DNA from: Gemmatimonadaceae bacterium
GTDB lineage: Bacteria; Gemmatimonadota; Gemmatimonadetes; Gemmatimonadales; Gemmatimonadaceae
Direction: 5' to 3'
DNA: 64,000 bases
Assembly: GCA_036499625.1 (NCBI GenBank)
Contig: DASYDJ010000068.1
Location: forward strand, 21,988-85,987
Below the pieces are notes generated by a model. That model made no database searches and was not told the DNA's origin. It saw only the letters and a list, made by a program, of their open reading frames with translations. Positions 44,043 to 51,169 of this stretch are shown here, piece by piece (within the stretch, counting starts at the first letter, position 1; every line of letters starts with the position of its first letter). The translations under genes were made by a program, and so were the position numbers.

Positions 44043-45443
44043 TCAGTTCCGCAGCGCGGACGCGCCGTACTGATATCGCGGCAGGTGAATCCAGAACGTC
44101 GTACCCTGTTCCAGTTCGCTCTTCACGCGAATGAACCCGCCCGACTGTTCCACGATCCCATGCACCGTCGACAATCCGAGCCCGGTGCCTTTGCCCTCCT
44201 CCTTCGTCGTGAAGAACGGCTCGAAAATCTGATCGGTCACCGCCTGCGGCATGCCCTGGCCCGTGTCCGTCACGCTCATCACGACGTACGATCGCGTCGC
44301 CTTCGAGAGCGGACTCTCGGGCACCTCGACATTCGACGACGTGATCTTGAGCTCCCCGCCATTCGGCATCGCGTCGCGCGCGTTCACGACGAGATTGATC
44401 AACACCTGCTCGATCTGGCCGGGGTCGGCAAATACTGGATCGATCTCGTCCGCCAGCTCGAGCGACACCTGGATCTCGTCGCCGACGAGACGCCGCAGAA
44501 TCGGCTGCAGCGTATTGATCGTATCGTTGACCGCGAGCACGCGCGGCCGCAGCACCTGCTTGCGGCTGAACGCCAACAGTTGCCGCGTGAGCGTCGCGCC
44601 GCGACCGGCGGCGTCGAGAATCTCCTGCAGCATCACGCGATCGGGATCCTTCTCCGGACGAACGCTCGCCATGAGCGCGCCCAGGCTCATGATGATCGTG
44701 AGCAGATTGTTGAAGTCGTGCGCGATTCCGCCGGCCAGCCGGCCGATCGCCTCCATTTTCTGCGCATGACGCAACGCCGCCTCGAGCCGACGTTGCTCAG
44801 ACAAATCGCGAACGGAATGCACGTACAGCCCGGGCGCGAACGCACTCGAACGGATGTCGAGTGAGCCCATGAGCGGCGTCAGCACCTCGTGCAGCACCGT
44901 GTCCTTGAGGTCATCCACCGATCGGGACGTCAACGTCACTGCCGCAGGATTCGCGTCGCTGATGCGCTGGCGGTCGTCGGTGATGAACACCGCATCGCCG
45001 ACGCCTTCGAACATCCGCCGCAGCCGCAGCTCGCTCTCCTCGAGCGCCGCCTCGGCGCGCCGCCGTTGCCAGCGCTCCGCCGCGCGTGAGACGCTCGACA
45101 CCAGCTCGTCCGGCGCCACCGGCTTGAGCAAATAGTCATAGCTGTGCTCGCGGATCGCGCGCACCGCGCTCTCGACGCTCGCGTTGCCCGTAAGAATCAA
45201 GACCTCGAGCAGCGGCGATATCGAGCGAAGCCGCGACACGAGGTCCATGCCGTCCATGTCAGGAAGCTTGAGATCCACCAGCGCGATGGCCGGCGGCTCC
45301 TCCAGCGCCGCGAGCGCCGCGAGTCCTTCTCGTCCGGTCCGCGCCGGAATCGTGTTGAACCCGCGAAAGCGAAGGATGTCGGAGACCGTTCGCAACATCT
45401 GCGGGTCGTCGTCGACCATCAGCACGGAAAGTCGGTCAGTCAT
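44043..45443 (-). CDS. REC-PAS-HisKA-HATPase hybrid kinase/response regulator
   Basis: Receiver 'VLMVDDDPQM...ALVDLKLPDMDG', a PAS domain, H-box 'IAHDFNNLLT' and HATPase 'DTGQGMP', 'GTGLGLS'. Confidence 0.9.
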   Translation of the reverse strand: MTDRLSVLMVDDDPQMLRTVSDILRFRGFNTIPARTGREGLAALAALEEPPAIALVDLKLPDMDGMDLVSRLRSISPLLEVLILTGNASVESAVRAIREHSYDYLLKPVAPDELVSSVSRAAERWQRRRAEAALEESELRLRRMFEGVGDAVFITDDRQRISDANPAAVTLTSRSVDDLKDTVLHEVLTPLMGSLDIRSSAFAPGLYVHSVRDLSEQRRLEAALRHAQKMEAIGRLAGGIAHDFNNLLTIIMSLGALMASVRPEKDPDRVMLQEILDAAGRGATLTRQLLAFSRKQVLRPRVLAVNDTINTLQPILRRLVGDEIQVSLELADEIDPVFADPGQIEQVLINLVVNARDAMPNGGELKITSSNVEVPESPLSKATRSYVVMSVTDTGQGMPQAVTDQIFEPFFTTKEEGKGTGLGLSTVHGIVEQSGGFIRVKSELEQGTTFWIHLPRYQYGASALRN

Positions 45444-46173
45444 CGAACGCCTCTTCGAGAAGCTTTAGCAATGTCTCAGGCGGAAACGGTTTGCGCAGCG
45501 TCGCCATCACGTTGCTGGAGATGCCGCTCTCTTCTCCCTGGCGCAACGACGCTTCCGACCCGCTGTACAGAATCAAGCACACCGACGGGTTCACCTTCCG
45601 GATAGCCAGCACCGACGTCTCCGGATCGACGCCATCCAACCGCATGTCGAGCAGCACCACGCCCGGCTCACGAGCCGCGAGCAGCTGCAGGGCACTTCCC
45701 AGGGAGTCGGCGCGGAACGTCACGTACCGATGCGCTTGCAAGATCTCGGCAATCGTCGCCAAATACGCATGATTATCGTCCACGACCAGCACCCGGCGCG
45801 GCGGGTCGGTGATCGTCTCCAGCATCGAGAGCAAGCCGGAAATCAACACCGGCTTTGAGAGAATCCTCACCGCCCCCTGCCGCTCCGCCTCGGCGAGCAA
45901 CTCTGCCGTGGAGTACGCGGTCATGAGCATGACCGGCAGGTCGGGCTTCTCTTCGCGAATGACGCGCAGCGCGTCCACCCCGGTCATGCCGCCCATGCGG
46001 ACGTCCATCAGCACGACGTCGATCTTGTCAGTCGTCGTACGTAAGAACTCCAGAGCGGCTTCGCCCGTGTGCTCGCCGTGAACGTCCCAGCCCTTCATGC
46101 GAAGAATGTCCGACAACGTCCGAACCATCAGCACCTCATCGTCGACGATGAGGATGCGCCTGCTAGGCGTCAT
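45436..46173 (-). CDS. Tandem-receiver (REC-REC) response regulator without output domain
   Basis: 'ILIVDDEV...VLMDVRMGGMTG' and 'VLVVDDNH...VLLDMRLDGVD'. Overlaps both neighbouring genes. Confidence 0.9.
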   Translation of the reverse strand: MTPSRRILIVDDEVLMVRTLSDILRMKGWDVHGEHTGEAALEFLRTTTDKIDVVLMDVRMGGMTGVDALRVIREEKPDLPVMLMTAYSTAELLAEAERQGAVRILSKPVLISGLLSMLETITDPPRRVLVVDDNHAYLATIAEILQAHRYVTFRADSLGSALQLLAAREPGVVLLDMRLDGVDPETSVLAIRKVNPSVCLILYSGSEASLRQGEESGISSNVMATLRKPFPPETLLKLLEEAFDD

Positions 46174-47918
46174 GTTGCGACCGTGGGAACCGTGAGCGTA
46201 AACGTCGTGCCGGCGCCTGCCGCCGTCACGAACGTGAGAGTGCCGGCGTTGTTCTCGGCCAGCATTCGCGACACCGTGAGACCGAGGCCGAGTCCGCGCG
46301 CCTTGGTGGTGAACAATGGTTCGAAGATTTTCGCCGCGACTTCGGGCGGCATGCCGGGACCCGTATCGATCACGTCCAGTGTGATCGTACCGTTGCCGTC
46401 GTGTCGGCCGACGCAGTTGATCGCGCCGCCGGTCTCCACCAAAACCTGCGTCGCGTTCGTCACCAGATTGAACACGACCTGACCGATCTGCACCGGATCA
46501 ATGTTCGCCGTGGGCAACGAGTCGGCGAAATCGTAGTTGACGGTGACGTTGCCGAGCGGTCCCAGACGCTCAACCTGATGCTTCACGAGCGCGGCGACAT
46601 CCGTGGGCGTGCACTGCGGCGTCCGCGTGCGAGCAAAGTCCAGCAGGTCGGCTACGATTTTTTCCGACAGCGAGATCTGCCCGCGCAGAATGCCGAGGTA
46701 GTCCTTCACCAACGGATCGGCGTTCGGCATCACCGTGTCGAGCACGTAGACGGCATTCGTCATGACGCCGAGCGGATTGCGGAGCTCGTGGCCGACGCCG
46801 CCGGCGAGCTGGCCGAGCATCGCCAGTCGCGCGCGCTGAACGTTTTCTTCCTGCGCGATGCGCAAATCGTCGAGCGCCTTTTCCAAATCCGCCGTACGAT
46901 CCTTGACCTGATCCTCGAGCTCGTGGTGGTGCGTCTCGATCTCTTCGGCCATCGCATTGAACGATCGGGCCAAGCGGCCCATCTCGTCGGCCGCGTCAGT
47001 GCGTGCAAGCCGCCGCTGGTAGTCACCATGCGCCAAGGCCTCCGATGCGTGCGCGAGCTCGTCGAGCGGTGCGGTCAACCGCCGAATCGTCCACCACGCG
47101 ACCAGCGCGCCGAAGATGACGACGAGCAGCGCGAGCAGCGTGAGCTGCTTCACCAACGATGTCGCAGGCTCGAGCGCCGTCGCCGTCTCCTGAGCGATCC
47201 AGACGACCCACGGTGTGCCGGCGACGGGAACCGTTGCCCACACGGTGTCGTTGCCAGCGAACGTGCGGCTTGGCTTGCCGTGCAGATCCGCCTCGGCGGG
47301 CGTGATCGGCGCGGGAACCTGCTTTGCCAAGTCCGTCCAGAGCGAGCCGTTCGCGTTGCCGATCAGGAACGACACGTTCTGGCCGACGAGCTGCGAGATC
47401 AGTACAGTGCTGGCCGCGCTGGTCGCGGTGAGCGAGTGGACCTGGACGACGTAGCCGATCGTATCAGCACCCGACAGCACCGGGCCGCGCACCGCGTAGT
47501 CGACGGTGTCGCCGGTCGCGACGAATGGCCCGACGCCGCGCGGTGTCGCGCGCGCAACCTGCGTCGCACTTGGGCTGCCGGCGGCGATCTCGCCGCCGCC
47601 GCTTCGCACGATCAGCAACCCGACCATCTGCGGCGTTGCGCGCTGAATGCTGTCGACGCGACTCTGCGCAGCGGCTTGTCCCGTGGCCGACGCCAGCCAT
47701 GCGTGAATGTCAGGTACAGCGGCAAATCTTTGCGCGTCGGCCGGCGCTCGGCGCGCTGACGGCGTGAGGGCCGCGGCGACTCGGTCGGCGGCGCTGCGCA
47801 GCCGCTCGGTGGTCGACTGCGTGATGGATTTGCGAACGACCCGATAGGCGACGGTAACGACGCCGGCGGTGCACAGCGCGAGCAACAGCGCGACGACCGC
47901 GGGGAGGCGGATGCGCAA
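46170..47918 (-). CDS. Sensor histidine kinase (periplasmic sensor-HAMP-HisKA-HATPase)
   Basis: Two TMs flank a ~250-aa extracytoplasmic domain. HAMP domain, H-box 'VGHELRNPL', 'DTGPGMP' and 'GLGLGLT'. Confidence 0.9.
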   Translation of the reverse strand: MRIRLPAVVALLLALCTAGVVTVAYRVVRKSITQSTTERLRSAADRVAAALTPSARRAPADAQRFAAVPDIHAWLASATGQAAAQSRVDSIQRATPQMVGLLIVRSGGGEIAAGSPSATQVARATPRGVGPFVATGDTVDYAVRGPVLSGADTIGYVVQVHSLTATSAASTVLISQLVGQNVSFLIGNANGSLWTDLAKQVPAPITPAEADLHGKPSRTFAGNDTVWATVPVAGTPWVVWIAQETATALEPATSLVKQLTLLALLVVIFGALVAWWTIRRLTAPLDELAHASEALAHGDYQRRLARTDAADEMGRLARSFNAMAEEIETHHHELEDQVKDRTADLEKALDDLRIAQEENVQRARLAMLGQLAGGVGHELRNPLGVMTNAVYVLDTVMPNADPLVKDYLGILRGQISLSEKIVADLLDFARTRTPQCTPTDVAALVKHQVERLGPLGNVTVNYDFADSLPTANIDPVQIGQVVFNLVTNATQVLVETGGAINCVGRHDGNGTITLDVIDTGPGMPPEVAAKIFEPLFTTKARGLGLGLTVSRMLAENNAGTLTFVTAAGAGTTFTLTVPTVAT

Positions 47919-48037
47919 AGGCGCGAAGCGGGCGAGGATGTGCGGGGTCCTCAGGCGGGGGAGTTCGGGCGAGTTGTGGTTACATTTTGCATACAGCGGA
48001 CCCGTCCGTCAAATACATCCGCGCGATAATCGTCATC

Positions 48038-48053
48038 ATTAATTGAGATTAAT
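48038..48053. promoter_or_regulatory. Candidate LysR-type (T-N11-A) box
   Basis: ATTAAT-TGAG-ATTAAT in an AT-rich island 24 nt upstream of the LysR TTG start. Confidence 0.35.
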
Positions 48054-48076
48054 CGCGTTGAATTGGAGATCGGCCA

Positions 48077-48973
48077 TTGGAGTTTCGTCAATTATCGCAC
48101 TTTGTCGCAGTAGCGGAAGAGCGAAGTTTCACCCGGGCGGCACGGCGGGCCAACATCGTGCAGTCGGGCATCTCGGCGTCCATTGCCGCGCTGGAGCGCG
48201 AGCTCGGCGTCGCCTTGTTCAACCGGACCAAACACCGCGTCGAGCTCACCGAGCCGGGAAAGGCGCTGCTCACTGAAGCACGTCGCGCTCTCTCGGCTGT
48301 AGCTGCTGCACGGATGGTCGCCAAGTCGGGCGGATCACTCGCAGGTTCTCTGCTCATTGGCGTAGTGCCCACACTTCCCATGGCTTTGCCAATCCCGGCG
48401 GCGCTCGCCCGGTTCCACGCGGCGCACCCACACGTTGCAATCAGAATTCGAGAATATACGGTTCCGACACATGAAGCCGTAAGAAGTGGAGAGGTCGACG
48501 TGGCGATTGGACCCGGTCACGGGCCGCCGGGAGTGACCTCCATTCCACTCGAGAGCTATCCGCTCGTGCTCGCTTGCTCGACGCGACACCGTTTCGCGCG
48601 ACGGCGATCCGTGTCCATTGCCGCGCTCGCCGATGAGAGTCTCATCGAGCCGCCGGGCACCTGGGTCACGCGCCGTCTCGCCGAGCGTGCGTTCGCCGAC
48701 GCCGGTGTGGAACGGCGAACGGCATACGAGGTCGACGAAGTGCTGCTGATCCTTCGTCTCGTGCAGGAGGGCGTAGGCGTCGCGATCCTTCCCGCCTCCG
48801 TCAAGCAATTCAATTCCGCCGTGCGCTATGTATCACTTCGGCCACGAATCGGAAACTGGGACGTAACGGTGTCGTTTCTCGGACACGAGCCGCCCACCCC
48901 CACGGCGCGGGCGTTTTATCAAATACTCATGGATGAGATGGCGCGTCGCCGGCGTCGCCGCGCGCGCAGTTAG
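48077..48973 (+). CDS. LysR family transcriptional regulator
   Basis: 'MEFRQLSHFVAVAEERSFTRAARRANIVQSGISASIAALE' followed by a substrate-binding domain. TTG start. Confidence 0.9.
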   Translation: MEFRQLSHFVAVAEERSFTRAARRANIVQSGISASIAALERELGVALFNRTKHRVELTEPGKALLTEARRALSAVAAARMVAKSGGSLAGSLLIGVVPTLPMALPIPAALARFHAAHPHVAIRIREYTVPTHEAVRSGEVDVAIGPGHGPPGVTSIPLESYPLVLACSTRHRFARRRSVSIAALADESLIEPPGTWVTRRLAERAFADAGVERRTAYEVDEVLLILRLVQEGVGVAILPASVKQFNSAVRYVSLRPRIGNWDVTVSFLGHEPPTPTARAFYQILMDEMARRRRRRARS

Positions 48974-48996
48974 CGTAGTTAGCGCGGCTACCGCGG

Positions 48997-50337
48997 TTAG
49001 CGCTCGCCCCGGTGCGGAACGGCGCGCATGTCCGCTTCCAGTGCCGTGAATCCGTCGCGCCAATAGCGCGCTTCGTCCGACACGACCGACGCGTCGATGT
49101 CGCCGAGTGCGTGCGAGCCCAGCCCGCCGAGGAAACGCATGATGGTGCTTTCCTGGACGTCGAGCCGCGTGCGCCGGCTGAAGATCGATTGTTCGCCGAC
49201 GCTGTCGCGCACGGAGACTCGGAAGACCGCACCGCCATCCTCGAACGGACGACGCAGCGGCGTGCGAATCAACCGCTCGGCGACGAACGGCAGATCCCAC
49301 TTCGGTTCGTGTTGCGCCACCACGGCCCAGCCGCGATCGTGGCCGGCGTTCGTAATCACGAAGTCCGTGAGCAAACTGTGAAAACCGACAGTGAATAGCT
49401 TGACCTTGAGCGAGAGATCAGCTGTGAGCTGCACGGTATCGGGCCATGCACGCGGTGGTCCGAACAGCGATGTGAGCTTGCCGCCTTGGAGGCGGTAGCG
49501 AAGCGTCGCCTGTCGATCGCGCCCGACGACGTCGAAGAGCTCCGTACCCGCGCGGTCAGCGAAGGCGAGATGATACTTCGCGGGTCCGAGATACTTGTCG
49601 ACGTAGGACGTGAGTGCCGGATACGTCGGTCGCATGAGCTCAGGGTGGAAACCGATCGTGACCACGACGCTCGTGAAACCGCCGGCGCTGGGGACGACGT
49701 GCAGCGAGTCGATGGCGAGTCCGCGGCCGAACGCCGCCATCGCGCGCGGGACCGCCGCGCGGTAGTTATCGCGCACTTCGCGATCGGTGCGACCTTCTGG
49801 TGCGGCAAGCAACGCCGACACGAGTCCGCTCACGTCGGCCGCCGATACGTCGCCGACTGACATGTCGACGCGCGTGTCCCACCGATATACGGAAGGAGCC
49901 AGGCGCTCGAGCGACACGAAGTGTCGCGAATCGCCGGGGTGCGCTGGCACAGTGAGCGACGGACGCATCTCGATGAAGTAGTGTCCGTCGACCGTGGTGC
50001 CGCCCGCGTACAGCTCGCGAAGCGCGGCCGACGGTTTGGCGCTCCAGGTGGCGTCGTCGTCGAAGATGCCGGAGGGAACCAACGCGGACTTGGCGAGCTT
50101 TTTCCGCGCGGCTTCGTAGCCGGGCGAGAATTGCGGTTGGTTGAAGCGCGCGCGGAAGGCGTCGAAGAGCTGGCTCGCGTTCGACTCGGCCAGCGCGGGC
50201 GTGGGGCCGAGTGAGGGGAGGGAATCGCTGCAGGCGGAGGTCGAGGCGGCGAGCGCGGCGGCTGCTACGGCAAAAGCAGTAACAGACCGTCGGAGGGTGG
50301 CGGACCGGCGGAGCGCGGGCGTGCTCGAATTGTGCAA
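48997..50337 (-). CDS. Hypothetical lipoprotein (start uncertain)
   Basis: The track ORF runs to 50547 but would overlap tRNA-Gln antisense. I trimmed it to TTG 50337, which gives 'HNSSTPALRRSATLRRSVTAFAVAAAALAASTSAC' (basic n-region plus lipobox). No recognisable domain. Confidence 0.55.
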   Translation of the reverse strand: MHNSSTPALRRSATLRRSVTAFAVAAAALAASTSACSDSLPSLGPTPALAESNASQLFDAFRARFNQPQFSPGYEAARKKLAKSALVPSGIFDDDATWSAKPSAALRELYAGGTTVDGHYFIEMRPSLTVPAHPGDSRHFVSLERLAPSVYRWDTRVDMSVGDVSAADVSGLVSALLAAPEGRTDREVRDNYRAAVPRAMAAFGRGLAIDSLHVVPSAGGFTSVVVTIGFHPELMRPTYPALTSYVDKYLGPAKYHLAFADRAGTELFDVVGRDRQATLRYRLQGGKLTSLFGPPRAWPDTVQLTADLSLKVKLFTVGFHSLLTDFVITNAGHDRGWAVVAQHEPKWDLPFVAERLIRTPLRRPFEDGGAVFRVSVRDSVGEQSIFSRRTRLDVQESTIMRFLGGLGSHALGDIDASVVSDEARYWRDGFTALEADMRAVPHRGER

Positions 50338-50398
50338 GCGAAAGTCGTTTCTGAGGTTACCGTGCGGCGGGCGGGTGGTGCGGGGAGGGTGTGCGGGG

Positions 50399-50427
50399 TT
50401 GATCGGGTGTGGAGTGCAAACTATAAT
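50399..50427 (+). promoter_or_regulatory. Sigma70-like promoter for tRNA-Gln
   Basis: TTGATC (50399-50404), 17 nt, perfect TATAAT (50422-50427), about 95 nt upstream of the tRNA. Confidence 0.5.
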
Positions 50428-50522
50428 CAGAGGGCTGGGGGAATGGGGACGGGTTGGTCTAGGGTGGTTGGGAAGCCCAGTGGCGGGTGTTTGAGGTTTG
50501 TTTGTACAGAATGAAAGATCAT

Positions 50523-50595
50523 TGCCCCTTGGTGTAACTGGCAACACGCCTGACTCTGGATCAGGAGAGTCCTAGTTCGAGCCTAGGAGGGGCAA
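50523..50595 (+). tRNA. tRNA-Gln (anticodon CTG)
   Basis: Acceptor TGCCCCT/AGGGGCA, D-stem GTGT/ACAC, anticodon stem CCTGA/TCAGG with loop CTCTGGA, T-arm CCTAG-TTCGAGC-CTAGG. CCA is not encoded. Confidence 0.9.
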
Positions 50596-50613
50596 TTGAG
50601 GGTTCACAATTCG

Positions 50614-50647
50614 AACGCCCTGCACCACTTCGGTGGTGCAGGGCGTT
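50614..50647. terminator. Strong hairpin terminator (15-bp stem, UUCG loop)
   Basis: AACGCCCTGCACCAC-TTCG-GTGGTGCAGGGCGTT followed by T. It lies between tRNA-Gln and the convergent XRE gene stop (50676). Confidence 0.75.
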
Positions 50648-50675
50648 TCGTCAATGCACTTCCCTCCAGCCAGCA

Positions 50676-51041
50676 CTAAAACGCACCGACCAGTTCGACA
50701 CTGACACTCGCTCGTTTTTTCCCCGCTGGCCGCGGTCCCACCCGGATATGCACGTCCATATCCAGTGAGTTCAGAAAACGCTCGAGCCGCTCCTGACTGA
50801 ACCGCGCGAGCTTGCCTCGCATCAAGTCCGACATGTCGGGAGGTGCAATGCCGAGGACTTCAGCCGCGCGGCGCTGCGTCCAATTCCGATCGTTGATGAT
50901 CTTCCGGATGACGCGCGCGAGCTCCGCTTTCGCCAACCGTTCGCCGGCCTCTGGCAGTCCAAGGTCCTCGAACACATTACCGCTGCTTGATTCGATCGCG
51001 ATAGGCTCATCCGCCTTTGCGCGCTTCGCTCTCGCTGCCAT
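50676..51041 (-). CDS. XRE-family HTH protein, HigA-like antitoxin
   Basis: 121 aa. 'SSGNVFEDLGLPEA' then HTH 'WTQRRAAEVLGIAPPDMSDLMRGKLARFSQERLERFL'. The ATG overlaps the stop of the toxin remnant (TAATG). Confidence 0.8.
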   Translation of the reverse strand: MAARAKRAKADEPIAIESSSGNVFEDLGLPEAGERLAKAELARVIRKIINDRNWTQRRAAEVLGIAPPDMSDLMRGKLARFSQERLERFLNSLDMDVHIRVGPRPAGKKRASVSVELVGAF

Positions 51042-51151
51042 TACCTGGCTCTCCGATGTCCGTAGTTGTCGTCGTAGTGCCGCTTTGCGGCGGCGAACCG
51101 CTGTCGAACGCGCTCGATGTCAGTACTGGGCGTCTTGATGCCGGACTTTGG
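51041..51151 (-). pseudogene. C-terminal remnant of a HigB/Gp49 (DUF891)-type toxin gene
   Basis: 36 in-frame codons 'PKSGIKTPSTDIERVRQRFAAAKRHYDDNYGHRRAR' end in a TAA that overlaps the antitoxin ATG. An in-frame TAG at 51152-51154 sits just upstream, and the protease gene ends at 51170, so no room is left for the toxin N-terminus. Confidence 0.6.
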
Positions 51152-51169
51152 CTACCACCGCAGGCGGCA

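Noticed and set aside
48974-48996. TTAGCG x3 short repeat between the LysR gene and the convergent lipoprotein gene
   Set aside because: It is very short (23-nt gap) and partly made of the two stop-codon contexts. There is weak hairpin potential only, so it is not reported as a feature.
50338-50547. Upstream extension of the lipoprotein ORF to ATG 50547
   Set aside because: It would overlap tRNA-Gln on the opposite strand. It also translates the C-rich complement of the G-tract region into a Pro/His/Thr low-complexity string. A TTG at 50337 gives a normal lipoprotein signal.
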